Source of the DNA: Trypanosoma brucei
Lineage: Eukaryota
Assembly (NCBI GenBank): GCA_000002445.1
Contig: CP000071.1
Location: forward strand, 416,001-480,000
Direction: 5' to 3'
Length of the DNA: 64,000 nt
Shown: positions 45,941-56,501 of the stretch, piece after piece
How positions within the stretch are numbered: the stretch's first letter is position 1
Layout: each line of letters opens with the position of its first letter
Notes under the pieces: model-generated
Databases searched by the model: none
What the model was told of the DNA's origin: nothing
What the model saw: the letters and a program-made list of their open reading frames with translations, nothing else
Program-made: the position numbers and the translations under genes

Positions 45941-46173
45941 GCCACCTCAACGTGGTGCCAGGGTCCAGTACCCCGTATCACCGGGGAAAGCAAGAGCCAG
46001 CAGCGTTCCTTTCATGGGGAACACTGCTGTGCTCCGGCTACGGCATCATACAGCACAGGGATCAGCAGCGTCTTGTTGGGACACTGTTTTTCATTTGTCG
46101 GTCCCTGGGCACGTGCCAGCGTGCTGTCAGCAGTATCATCCGCAATAAGATGCTGCTGTCCGGTGATGTGGAA
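45941..46173. repeat. Inverted-repeat arm B (~234 bp)
   Basis: Partner of arm A across a 1,240 bp spacer. Both arms are spanned by look-alike track ORFs (the 191-aa minus ORF and the 182-aa plus ORF share …KSQQRSFHGEHC…ASYSTGISSVLLGHCFSF.GPWARASVLSAVSSAIRCC.PVMW…). Confidence 0.75.
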
Positions 46174-48032
46174 CTCCAAAAAAGGATTGCTAATTGACAT
46201 CTTTGGGAGAGTCCAGGGTGGGGGGCTTCTCGCCCCATCTGCTGTATTCCGTTCATCTGCGGAAATACAACAAGAGTTATAGAGGGTGTGTTAGGATGAA
46301 TAAAAAAAGGGAGGCTCTGCCACAGTTGCCAGACCGATAGCATCTCAGGGCTCTACGGTGATGGCTGATGGCCGCGCCAGTGGGGGGAAACTTTCACGAA
46401 GGCACGAAGAAAATTCCAAAAAAAAAATATTGAATCATTTCTCGCTTAAATTCGAGTGTGAAATGTAGATTTCAACATCTCTGGGGACTGATCGGAATGA
46501 GACCAAAAGGGACCAGTGAAAGGAGCCCTCATGTTATTTCCATCGGCGATGATCGTCTACTTTGGAAGGTCGGTATCGTAAAGGATGCCTCCTCCGCACC
46601 AACAGGAGCTCGGGTCATCCCTTTTCTCAGTTGCAGAGGATAAACCCTCCAACGAGCGTCGCTGGTGAATTGCGGGGCCTAAAGAGAAATAACAAAAGCG
46701 GATGAACCTTACGAGGCAATTGTTCCTTTTGGAACACATTTCAAAATACCTCCATGCGGTTACTATCCTGAGTTGTCGACTTTTTCTGTCTGTTTTTTTT
46801 ATTTTTTCTTAGAGGCGTTACGTCGTCGTCTTTTGCCTCGGACAGAGAACTTGTCCCCGCCACAGAGGCCGCTTTGTTGCCACTGTCCGCACTTGGTTTA
46901 GTAAGTGGGTATTACTTTCTTGCCTGTTTAAAAAGAAGAAACGCACGGTTACACCCAATTGGGAACCCGCAGTTGATTTGGTCACAGATGGCTCTTTGAG
47001 GGGTTGTGGGTCTGGGGCATGTCTTCTTATTGGATTCCGGTGAGGTGAAAGTAATGTTATGTGGTGTCGTTGGTTTAAGTTCCCTTTTCTTATCATGCAG
47101 GCTCAGGCCCGTGTCCTCTGACTCTCCTCAGTAGCATTCGTGGAATCCTTTCCCCCTGAGTATTGACATTTGGGTTGATAATACATTCCTGTAAGGCGCG
47201 GAACCAAAAGGAAACACAAAAGCCTACGGTCTTTCTGTGGCCATGGATGAGATGTTTATGATATTTGATTTCCACAACATTAGCACAAATTACTCGTTTA
47301 ACCGCTCCGTCAGCAAACCGGCGGTCGGCTCCCGCGGAGGCACACGGTTAAACTGTGCAAAGTTGGTGAAAGAGTTTAACTGACAAAAGGAAGTGGCGGT
47401 GTCCCGAGGCTTTTGGGGACCACAAGAACTGCCCTTTCACAGGTCTACTGTGAAATAAATATTCCGCTGCTGCTTGCCACCCAAGTTTGTGTCAGATGGG
47501 TATTGATGATTATATATGGTTATACATTTAGTTTATAATTCCTTGCTCCTCGCTTTAATTATATTTAATAAGTTGACCATTCGAACCGCACCGAAACTCG
47601 TATTTTTAAAAGATTTGTTTTCACTCGTCTTGGGGTTTTGTAGATTTTTTTGTATTTACACTCCTTTTTATTCGTTTCAAAGTCGATAATTCTGTTGATT
47701 TTCAATTTAAATGTTGTAAAAGTATTTTTTCTCTTAAATTTATGAGATTCTTCCGTGGAGCTTCAGTTTTTTCTTTGTTATTTGTTTTGTCTTTTATACC
47801 TAAAAATATTTGGAGAGAATCAGTGTGTTTGTGTTTTTTTGTGTAATATTTACCCATATATTTCAGTGGGGAGATTACAGAAGTAATATATATATATATA
47901 AAAGATCCTTTGTATTGCTTATGTGCTTTGTCTTTAAGCGGTTGTTGCTTTTCCTTTTTAACATATATTTTTGAAACATGATTTGGCCACATATTTTTTA
48001 TATTAGTTTTATTTAAATATTCTGTAGATTGA

Positions 48033-50366
48033 ATGGCACGTAATAAGGCTCACAAGCAGAGGTTTGCATCTAAACGTGCTGTTTCGGGTTTGGCAAAGGG
48101 ACGCACTATTCCAACGAAAAAGGAGAGTGTAAAAGCGCTTCATCCGTTGGAGGCCAAAGAGAGATCAAGGCAGTCTTTAGCTGCCCTGCGGGACAAGAAA
48201 AGGGCCAATGCCCTTCAACAAAAGAGAATCGGGAAAATATCCGGGTTGCCTCGGGCTGTTGGTGTTCTACCAGCAAATGAATCGGCTAACACGAACGCGG
48301 TCATTCGGGGCTTGTGCTTTTCTTTGGGGAGTGAAGTTCGTGACACTTGCCTCCCGTTCACTGCAAGTTCGAAAGAAAAGAAGGCATCTTTTACATTTAT
48401 GTCAGAGCGGAATGGCAATCTTCAGAGTTGTGTTGACATCGGTAAGGTCGCTGACTTTTTGGTGTTAGCACTGGATGTCTCGCGATCCGTACAGGAAATG
48501 ATACGTAACGTGCAAGAATCTATGGAAGTAGAAGATTGTGATGATGTTGGCTCCGTTGTGGCTACTACATGGTACGGAGATATTGGTCTTTGTATCACTG
48601 CGTTCACAAGAGAGCTGATTGCAGCTCTTAATGCCCAAGGGGTGCCGAGTGTAGCTGTAGTACTGCAAAATCTTGATACGTTCACTGAAAAGCAGCGTCA
48701 TAAAGTTATTAAGGTTCACCAGCGTTACTTTTTATCTGTTCTCCCTGAAACGACGAAGGTATTTACTGTGATTGATCAGGGTGACTATGACCCGGTGCTT
48801 CGGCATCTCCATGTCGCTAAACTTCGTTCACTAGCATGGCGTGATCAACATCCGTATTTGATAGTGGAGGAGGGATATTTTGATGATGATGCTCAAAAAC
48901 TTGTCGTAGGTGGTTACCTTCGTGGCATGGCACTCTCGGCCGAGCAATTGATTCACCTCACAAACCACGGGACGTTTCAGATTGAGAACATATGCCGGGG
49001 GGACCCAAGGGGTGATGAAGCCCAGGTTATTGATTCGTGTGAGAAGGCACACAGAGAGTCACTTGACTACGTTCAAGTGAATGCCACTCTTGACGATGCA
49101 GACGGACCAACTGAGGAAGATATTGCCTATCACAAATCAATAGGATTCAAAAAGGTCAAAGTTCCAGAGGGTGTATCTGATTACCAGGCAGCATGGTATG
49201 AATTCGAGGGTAGTGATATAAACTCGGAGACAGATATTGGTGAATCGGTACCGGGGGACGATGAGTATGCTGCGTCTGATCACTTTTCTCAGGGGACTTT
49301 AAGAACAACAGTTGACTTTCTTAAGGTGGAGGATGTAATTCGTTTGGAGCGGATGAACGACGACGAACGAGCTGCGGAAATACAGAGACTTAAAGAGGAG
49401 AGTGAAGAAGATGCGTGGAATCCAGATATTGTAGACACACCTTTCAATCTACCAGCAAGGCAAAGATTTATGAAATATCGCGGACTCAAGAGCTTCCAAA
49501 CGGGTAAATGGGACGCGGCGGAGAATCTCCCGCCACATTACGCTTATATTTACAAGTTACAGGGCATAACCCGCATTCGTGAGGCAGCGCTAGCGAAATG
49601 CGCCAGTGGAAGTGTCGCAACTGAGCAATTTGTGTATATAACACTCGTGGATGTTCCAAGTAAGGTCTGGAGAAGCGCTGTCGAAGGCGGTTGCATTATT
49701 GCATCGGGTCAGCTGGAGCATGAGCAGAAATGGTCAGTCCTTCACTTTAGGATTCAAAGGAGCTCGGATTGCGATGAACCAATTAAGTCAAAAATACCTA
49801 TGCTCGCTCATATAGGTTTTAGGAAGTTTTACGTGTCACCCATCTTCAGTGACATTACTACCTCAGATCGTACGAAGTTTGCCCGCTTTTTTCATCCAAA
49901 CGAAAAATTTTGTATGGCGAGTTTTTTTGGCCCTATATCGTATCAGCCTTGCCCTATTCTTTTGTTTGAAGTTCCGTCACTGGAGGAGCAGAATGAGGAC
50001 AATTCATTGCATTTGGCTTGCTTTGGAGGGGCACTACCGCCAAATCCAGACCTGTTGGTGCTCAAGCGTGCGGTACTGACGGGAAGAGTAGCGACTATTC
50101 ACAAAAAACAAATTGTAGTCAAATACATGTTTTTCAACGACGAGGACGTGCAGTGGTTTCAATCTGTGGACCTTCGCACTCGGTTGGGGAGACGTGGGAA
50201 AATAATAAAGGCTGTGGGAACTCGTGGGCTGTTTAAAGCATCCTTGAACGATCAGGTAATGCAGCATGATCTTGTTTGCATGGATCTTTATAAGCGTGTC
50301 TTCCCGAAGTGGACAACTTTGCCGTTTTGCATTTCGGATGTTCCGAAAGTTGTTGCCGAAGAGTAG
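48033..50366 (+). CDS. TSR1: Ribosome biogenesis protein TSR1 (pre-40S GTPase-like factor, Bms1/Tsr1 family)
   Basis: 777 aa, ATG confirmed. N-terminal MARNKAHKQRFASK… is followed by blocks that line up with yeast Tsr1 as I recall it: IGKVADFLVLALDVS against CAKVADFVVFGLS, and AWRDQHPYLIVEEGYFDD against NWRDNRGYVVADFVD. The C-terminal region is the AARP2CN/DUF663 type. Confidence 0.85.
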   Translation: MARNKAHKQRFASKRAVSGLAKGRTIPTKKESVKALHPLEAKERSRQSLAALRDKKRANALQQKRIGKISGLPRAVGVLPANESANTNAVIRGLCFSLGSEVRDTCLPFTASSKEKKASFTFMSERNGNLQSCVDIGKVADFLVLALDVSRSVQEMIRNVQESMEVEDCDDVGSVVATTWYGDIGLCITAFTRELIAALNAQGVPSVAVVLQNLDTFTEKQRHKVIKVHQRYFLSVLPETTKVFTVIDQGDYDPVLRHLHVAKLRSLAWRDQHPYLIVEEGYFDDDAQKLVVGGYLRGMALSAEQLIHLTNHGTFQIENICRGDPRGDEAQVIDSCEKAHRESLDYVQVNATLDDADGPTEEDIAYHKSIGFKKVKVPEGVSDYQAAWYEFEGSDINSETDIGESVPGDDEYAASDHFSQGTLRTTVDFLKVEDVIRLERMNDDERAAEIQRLKEESEEDAWNPDIVDTPFNLPARQRFMKYRGLKSFQTGKWDAAENLPPHYAYIYKLQGITRIREAALAKCASGSVATEQFVYITLVDVPSKVWRSAVEGGCIIASGQLEHEQKWSVLHFRIQRSSDCDEPIKSKIPMLAHIGFRKFYVSPIFSDITTSDRTKFARFFHPNEKFCMASFFGPISYQPCPILLFEVPSLEEQNEDNSLHLACFGGALPPNPDLLVLKRAVLTGRVATIHKKQIVVKYMFFNDEDVQWFQSVDLRTRLGRRGKIIKAVGTRGLFKASLNDQVMQHDLVCMDLYKRVFPKWTTLPFCISDVPKVVAEE

Positions 50367-50769
50367 CAATTCTAAATTTAAGGACGCTGGTGGGAGGGTA
50401 GCTTTCTTTTTTTTAAATAGTGGGTCGCATTAACAGGCAATGAAGTAACTAGTCGTTTAATCAGACTTTATTTGCTTAACCATCATTAGCTAAGTTAGAA
50501 AATTTCCCCCAGATAATACATTCGTGTTTATTTATTTGGATGTTCAATTTTTGCACTTGTCCCAACTTTCAAGTTAATCTGTAGTAAGGAGAAGGAGGGG
50601 GAGAATACTTAGATATTTTTTCCACCTTGAAAGGCATAACTTTTATCCTTTTGTGGGCAATCTCGACCAACATATACATAGGAAGGCAGATAAGTTTCAC
50701 TGTTAGAACAGTATCAATTAAGGGGTTAGCGTGGGAGAGAAACATTCGAATCAAAAAAAAAAAAAGGAA

Positions 50770-52329
50770 ATGAGACGTTTCATTTCTGTTTCTAAGCACA
50801 TGCCCGGCCGTCACTCGTCTTATGCGGCAGGTCTATTCAACTTCAAGATTGTGCCGGATGAGATGTTTCCATACCCCTGTCGTAAGGTTGATGGTGATGA
50901 AGCAGAGAACTTACAATTGTTGCTGGAAGACGTCCGAAAAAATGGCAGCACACTTACAAATCTTTATGGAGCCCGTATAAGTACGGAATATGGTGGGATG
51001 GATCTTGGTCACACCGCCCATGCTTTAATATATGAGGAAGTTGGTGCAAAGTGTAATGCTGACATGCTATCGCTAATAGGCCACAGTGGTATGTGTACTT
51101 ATCTCTTATCGGCAGTTGGGGACAAGTCGTTAAAGGGAGAGTATTTAACGGCGATGTCTGACGGTAGTGTAGTGATGGGGTGGGCGGTTGAAGAAAGCAA
51201 TGGGAGCGACTTTAGCATGACTTCAACTAAAGCCTCTCTCCGCGATGACAAGTACGTATTAACAGGGGAAAAACATTGTTTTAACGCCGCGAAAGCTACG
51301 CATTTTTTGGTCTTAGGTAAGACATTTACTCAAATTGTTGCGGAGGAGGGGGCTACTACAGTCGAACGCCTGTCATTTTTTATATGCGCCAAAGACGCCC
51401 CCGGTGTGAAGGTGGTCGGGAACTCCGTTGCCATGGAAAATACTCCAGCCCGCTGCGCAGTTGGTGTAGTGGGCGAAGGGTTTAAAAACGCGATGATAAC
51501 GTTGTTTACAGAACAATACCTATACACGGCCTCACTTCTTGGGATAATGAAGCGTATCCTTCAAATTCTGGGGGAGTCCAATGCTGGAGAGGGTGCTGGT
51601 GGGCTTATCGGTTCTTTTGCCTGCTTTGTATATGCTATGGAGTCCACTATTTACGCCCTGGCTGCTATAGCGGACACACCTGTGGAGGACAGTCTGCTGG
51701 AGTGTACGTTAACGGCTGCGTTTACCCAAAGCACTGTAACGAAACTATTAAAGGATTTGGAGATATCAATCCCACCAAGCGTGCAACTGGAGGAGTGTAT
51801 TTCTTGCGCGAGAAGCATCTTAAATCAAACGGAGCAGGATCATTTTTTATATGCCGCGGCTGTTTGCTGCGGCATCGAGGATTATGGCTTGTTTTTCCAA
51901 AATGCATCGACATTGCAAGTGATGCAGGCGAGGTTGCTTCGATCGTTGGGGGTGCGCGATCGTATTCCCATTAAGAATGTCAGGAATGCGTCACTGATTG
52001 ACGAGGTGGTTGTGACATTTGGGAATGCCGTGGAAACCACCTTTGTAAGAAGTGGTTCCCACGTTCAGTACCAGCAACTACTTCTTGATCGGTTGGGGGA
52101 AGCTGCATCTCTTATTTACGCAGCATCAGCTGTGGCCTCTCGGGCCTCGCTGTGTGTTGCAAAAGGCCTTCCTTCGTTGGAACTCGAGGAAAGTTTAGCG
52201 GCATGCTTTGTTTCTTCTGCTGTTAGTAGGTCTCGGGTCCTCTGCGAGGAGGTCTGTAACGTAGGTAAGACAGCTGATGATATATTGAGAAGAATTGCCC
52301 TCGATATTTGCGAAGATGCTTTACAGTAG
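50770..52329 (+). CDS. Acyl-CoA dehydrogenase family protein (VLCAD/ACAD9-like), probable mitochondrial presequence
   Basis: The track ORF starts on a GTG at 50731; the first ATG is at 50770, giving 519 aa. The N-terminus MRRFISVSKHMPGRHSS is Arg/Ser-rich and looks like a targeting sequence. The following region follows the ACAD N- and middle-domain pattern: …IVPDEMFPYP…STEYGGMDLGH…ALIYEEVGAKCN…YLTAMSDGSVVMGWAVEESNGSDFSMTSTKASLRDDKYVLTGEKHCFNAAKATHFLVLGKT… (vP-EyGG; aE..GSD…tkA…d.y.LnG.K.wi.na). Confidence 0.75.
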   Translation: MRRFISVSKHMPGRHSSYAAGLFNFKIVPDEMFPYPCRKVDGDEAENLQLLLEDVRKNGSTLTNLYGARISTEYGGMDLGHTAHALIYEEVGAKCNADMLSLIGHSGMCTYLLSAVGDKSLKGEYLTAMSDGSVVMGWAVEESNGSDFSMTSTKASLRDDKYVLTGEKHCFNAAKATHFLVLGKTFTQIVAEEGATTVERLSFFICAKDAPGVKVVGNSVAMENTPARCAVGVVGEGFKNAMITLFTEQYLYTASLLGIMKRILQILGESNAGEGAGGLIGSFACFVYAMESTIYALAAIADTPVEDSLLECTLTAAFTQSTVTKLLKDLEISIPPSVQLEECISCARSILNQTEQDHFLYAAAVCCGIEDYGLFFQNASTLQVMQARLLRSLGVRDRIPIKNVRNASLIDEVVVTFGNAVETTFVRSGSHVQYQQLLLDRLGEAASLIYAASAVASRASLCVAKGLPSLELEESLAACFVSSAVSRSRVLCEEVCNVGKTADDILRRIALDICEDALQ

Positions 52330-52568
52330 CGATTTGCGCCAGAGTGTGGGGGAGGTGGGGAGGCTGGAGACGGGTAGTGAGGGTGATGTGGGGCTTAAGG
52401 TTTCGCGTTAAGAGGTATGTGCACGGTTACCGGCTAAGGCCGGAATGCTGTTAAGTTCGTTGGTTGTCATATCTGTACCGCAGAAGTGCAAATTCTCTTT
52501 CACCCACGTCTTTTCCTGGATCTACCCCTGTGTGACGGTCTTGAAGAAAATATTTATGCTGGGCATTG

Positions 52569-53069
52569 ATGTTCTGCTTCAGTAGAGGATTGTGGATGCG
52601 CCACATTGGTCAGGATGTGCCAAAGCGGCACACTCACTTTGTGCTTGAAAGTAGACTGATGTACGAAAAATCTTTTCGGGACTGTTGGCTTCACAGCGTC
52701 TGCCGGGCCATTTCTCAACTGGACGAACCGCTATCAAAAACTGTTGTGGGGACCCACCAAAAGATGCTTCAGCGAAAGGTCACATGCTTTCAGTACAACC
52801 AGTACGGGTTGTTTAAGACGCCGTACTATCGTTTAGCTAACGTTGATAGGTACCATGCGGTTCAGGGTGTTGCGGGAACGCGGGAGTGGGTTCCATACGT
52901 AAACGTCTCATACTGGACGATGAACAAAATGGTTCGTGGTGGTAACCTTTTGGTACACAGAGTCCACTACACTGGATGGGGAACAGATTCTCATCTCAAA
53001 AAGGGCGGTTGGGAGCATCGGTGGAATAAGGTCCTGCAGCGCAACGTTCTTCAGTATAGTCGGATTTAG
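52569..53069 (+). CDS. Possible small protein-coding gene (166 aa), unrecognised
   Basis: The track ORF starts on a TTG at 52566 with an ATG at 52569. A 166-codon open frame of normal complexity sits in the 0.9 kb gap between two confident genes on the same strand. It has no recognisable motifs and could be spurious. Confidence 0.3.
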   Translation: MFCFSRGLWMRHIGQDVPKRHTHFVLESRLMYEKSFRDCWLHSVCRAISQLDEPLSKTVVGTHQKMLQRKVTCFQYNQYGLFKTPYYRLANVDRYHAVQGVAGTREWVPYVNVSYWTMNKMVRGGNLLVHRVHYTGWGTDSHLKKGGWEHRWNKVLQRNVLQYSRI

Positions 53070-53240
53070 GTTAAGTATCGATGGTAGCATGCGGCGGCTG
53101 TCGATGCTTGTGAAGAGTTAATATTACGTCCTCGTTGTCTTGTTGCCATTGTATGCCACTACCTGTGGTAATGCTGCGCTCATAATATTTCCATTGTTGT
53201 CGTTTATGGACTCACTTTCGCTTTTTGTCGAACACTTAGT

Positions 53241-53729
53241 ATGTTAAAGGTAGGCCAGAGACACATGGGTCGTGTGATTCGGATCGGTGATTTTGCGTCC
53301 ACGCGGCGGGTCATTACGTTAGATGACGTTAAAGCGTTCGGGCCGCTTGTCGGCGATTCCAACCCTATTCATGTGGATGAAGCTGCGGCGAAGGCTGCTG
53401 GTTTTCAGTCTCCAGTTGTGCATGGGATGCTAGCCGGTTCTCTTTTCTCAGGGCTGTTGGGGTCAGAGCTCCCGGGGCCGCAGTCGATTTACATGAGCCA
53501 GACATTGCGCTTCGTGGTCCCTCTGTTTGTTGGCGACGAGGTGGAGGCGCGTATCGAGGTGACTCAATTCAGAAGAACGAAGTTTATGATAGCTTTCCGC
53601 ACGACCGTGTTCCGCATTGACAAGCAAACAGGGGAAAAAACCCTCTGTATCGAAGGCACTGCGGTGGGCATGAACAAGACAGTTACCTTTGAAGGTGAGA
53701 GCGAGTGGAATGTGCCCCGTGTCGAGTAG
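53241..53729 (+). CDS. MaoC-like (R)-specific enoyl-CoA hydratase/dehydratase (hot-dog fold)
   Basis: 162 aa, ATG confirmed. It has the signature …GDSNPIHVDEAAAKAAGFQSPVVHGMLAGSLFSGLL… (a D-x-N-P-I-H motif plus a downstream catalytic H-G), and the size is typical of single-domain hot-dog hydratases. Confidence 0.85.
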   Translation: MLKVGQRHMGRVIRIGDFASTRRVITLDDVKAFGPLVGDSNPIHVDEAAAKAAGFQSPVVHGMLAGSLFSGLLGSELPGPQSIYMSQTLRFVVPLFVGDEVEARIEVTQFRRTKFMIAFRTTVFRIDKQTGEKTLCIEGTAVGMNKTVTFEGESEWNVPRVE

Positions 53730-54463
53730 CGTTTGACGTTAACGAAGAAAGGAGGTTGTGCCGTACCGTTTTGCATTTTCTCGTCTTCTTGTTTTGGGAG
53801 CGTTGGGGGAGGCTGTGTGAGGGTTGTGACTGAGGCGATGAATGCGCATTCTAAGCAAACAAAAGGAAAAGGACAACTAAAAAGTTGAAACAATGGTGAG
53901 GTGGAGCGGGGATAAAAAGACGACTTGTCAACACTTCTTGTCCATGCCGTTTCAATGTTCTTACTTGTATCCACGATCAGCTTCTGTATCCAGGGCAAAC
54001 GCCCATCTAGTACGCGACCGATGGTGGACCCCACTTGAAAGGTGTGGGTATGGAACTCTAGGCGCTGTTGGAGAAAGGAAATTAAGGACGGAAAAAATAA
54101 GTGAGACCGAGCCGTAAATCATGAGCTCAGTAACTTGGGTATAGAGACTCTCCAAATTGAGAGGATTGAAGATAGTGAGTGCAGTACAGTACGCGGTGCG
54201 GATGGTTGTTGCTGCATCGTATCCGCGATTTCGAAGTGAGAGCCCGCTTTGCCGGGCGTGTGGTGACCTGTTTCTCCGGGATAAGAATCATTCTTCCGCG
54301 GTATTTCCCCCTTCCCTCTTCCGTTTGCTTTGTCGGACCAGAAGCTGCTGGTGTGCGTGTGTGTAGACACGGTGAGCGGCGAGACCCGAGAGGGGTCTGT
54401 TTTTGAATATATAAGGTACAAAAGTTGGTGAAAAGCCTTTTATTGCTCCTGATTTGGACTTCT

Positions 54464-55897
54464 ATGATCCGCTGGACTGTAAATCTCGCAGGTGTTGATG
54501 CAGAAGCGGACTTGCAACGCGATGATCGGATGAAAGCACCCGTCAATCCATCTTCGGGCCGTCGGGAATCCGGTAAGCCAGCTGACGCAGCGCGAGCAGG
54601 TGGGGGGACCCCACAGTCGCTGGGAACAGTTGCAACCCTTGCCATGAGCGAGCTCCTGGAGCTGCAACGAGCGAGGCGAGAGACAAGTCTCGCGGACAGC
54701 AGTCTTGGACAGTTCTGGATCGGCCCCCCCCTTTCTAAAGAAGAAGGCGGACATGCAAAGGGGAGCGAGATCCGCATTTTTAGTACCTTTACGAATGCAC
54801 AAGGTAGACGCACTGTGTGCACGGTTCAGGCGAGACAAGCTTTGTTCCGTGGGGTGGATGTAGTGAATGCTTTCCTTCAGCAAACACTTGTGCCCGATGA
54901 ACGTTTGTTTTCTCGCTTTTCGACGAACCCACGGCATTACAAACTGTACATAGCCGACGAGTTTACCGGTGAAGAGGACTTGGTATTTCAGCTAGACAGT
55001 GCCATTCAAAAGTTAACGTGCTTTGCGGTTCAACCCCTCCCCACCGCCAAACTGTTTCTTTTTCCGCAGAGGACTCGGCTGCTGCCAACAGCCGCGGAGG
55101 ACATCAACCTCTCCGTGGAGGTACGACCCTTAGACTCACAGGCCAAAGTTGTCAAGCGCCAGGTGCTTGTCCCAGCTGACATGCTTGCTGAGAGTCTGGA
55201 GCGGGTTATTTTTAGCCGACTCCCCGGCATTTGGCTAGTCGCGGGTTCCCTGCGTATTAAATATGGACCGGTTGAGCTGAATATTAATGAATATTACAAC
55301 TTTGGAACAGGGTGCGGACATATGGATATTCCTGTGGCGGAGCGTACTATACTGTCCCTCCATCGCTTTGGGGTCACGGAGGTTCTCGTACAGGGGCGTG
55401 TGACGGACGGTGCTGCGGATGTGCCAGCACCAGTGGAGGACATTGTTATAAACATTGATGCTGAAAAGGCCCAAACTCTTGAGCAGTTCGAAGTAATTCG
55501 CATTAACAAGCACGGGGCACGGCAGCAACGCATTCTCTGTGTGGATGGGGAGCGGCTGTATATGAAGCAGCCCTACAATGCTGGCAGAGAGGCTTCACAG
55601 GGATGTGAGGAAAAGTTGGTGAGAGACATCGAAGAGGTTCGCTCCTCGCCAACGAGACCCAAGTGTCTAGAAATTTGCTACAATCATGCGTCCAAACACG
55701 AGGATGACCATATTGAATGTACAACAGCATACTGTCGCGCTCTGCTGGACGAGAAGCTCCGCGTCGTTCAGCGGGAGTTGCGAAAGAGGGACGATTCTGA
55801 AAGGCAAAAGGTTGACAATGTGGCACTTTCTCGGCTATTCGGGTGGTTGAAGAGTGGTTTCGGTAAGTATGCACAGCACTCTGACGGTTCGGAGTGA
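54464..55897 (+). CDS. Hypothetical protein
   Basis: The track ORF starts on a TTG at 54425; the first ATG is at 54464-54466, giving 477 aa (an alternative ATG is at 54530). It is a long frame of coding-like composition on the same strand as its neighbours. No family recognised. Confidence 0.6.
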   Translation: MIRWTVNLAGVDAEADLQRDDRMKAPVNPSSGRRESGKPADAARAGGGTPQSLGTVATLAMSELLELQRARRETSLADSSLGQFWIGPPLSKEEGGHAKGSEIRIFSTFTNAQGRRTVCTVQARQALFRGVDVVNAFLQQTLVPDERLFSRFSTNPRHYKLYIADEFTGEEDLVFQLDSAIQKLTCFAVQPLPTAKLFLFPQRTRLLPTAAEDINLSVEVRPLDSQAKVVKRQVLVPADMLAESLERVIFSRLPGIWLVAGSLRIKYGPVELNINEYYNFGTGCGHMDIPVAERTILSLHRFGVTEVLVQGRVTDGAADVPAPVEDIVINIDAEKAQTLEQFEVIRINKHGARQQRILCVDGERLYMKQPYNAGREASQGCEEKLVRDIEEVRSSPTRPKCLEICYNHASKHEDDHIECTTAYCRALLDEKLRVVQRELRKRDDSERQKVDNVALSRLFGWLKSGFGKYAQHSDGSE

Positions 55898-56501
55898 CCC
55901 GTTTAGCGTGTAAATCTGTGGCTGTCTCCGGCTCCTGTGCTTTTCAAGGGGTGGAGAGAAGTACAGTGAAGCACGTGAAATAAAAGGTATCTCTATGTGC
56001 GGAGAGGTGGACCCGAAGTCGCTGCCATACCCAAGTGTGTCTTAATTCATGCTGGCTAGCGCCCCAGTTTGGGGTTGCCAGTGGGCTAACTTATTGAGTG
56101 GTTCTGTCGTCATACACCAGTATTCGTGCGTTTGTAGGTGCATTGAATGTGTATATTGTTCCTACTGTTCCAGCTTCGCGACCAGGAAGGGGTTGTGGTG
56201 CGTTCAAGTAATGGGGTGAGGTTTACTCGGCATTCCCATCATTTTGTTTCATTTTATTCCCTCTCCGCCACGTGTTTCACCACTTCCGTGTCTTCTGTTA
56301 CTCCGTCGTGGAGTTAAGGAGGCGGTGTGGAAGTTGCACATGGCTATTGTCTTTGAATGACGATCCTTTGCCTTTTATCCTCTGCATTGGGACACTTCTC
56401 TCCCTAATCTTATGGAGACGCGTGCACTGAAACGCGAGGTTTGCAACACATTCCTGGAGCAAAGCAACAAAATTCACAGCATTTAACAACACACAAGCAA
56501 G

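Noticed and set aside
47570-47600. 'ccattcgaaccgcacc', the reverse complement of a TΨC-loop-like GGTTCGAATGG, suggesting a minus-strand tRNA
   Set aside because: The flanks are AT-rich with no acceptor stem or anticodon arm pairing. It is an isolated 11-mer.
54127-54822. 231-aa minus-strand ORF overlapping the start of the plus-strand gene 54464-55897
   Set aside because: It is antisense to a confident same-strand-as-neighbours gene and sits inside a plus-strand polycistron. Its composition (R/S/P-rich) is typical of shadow ORFs.
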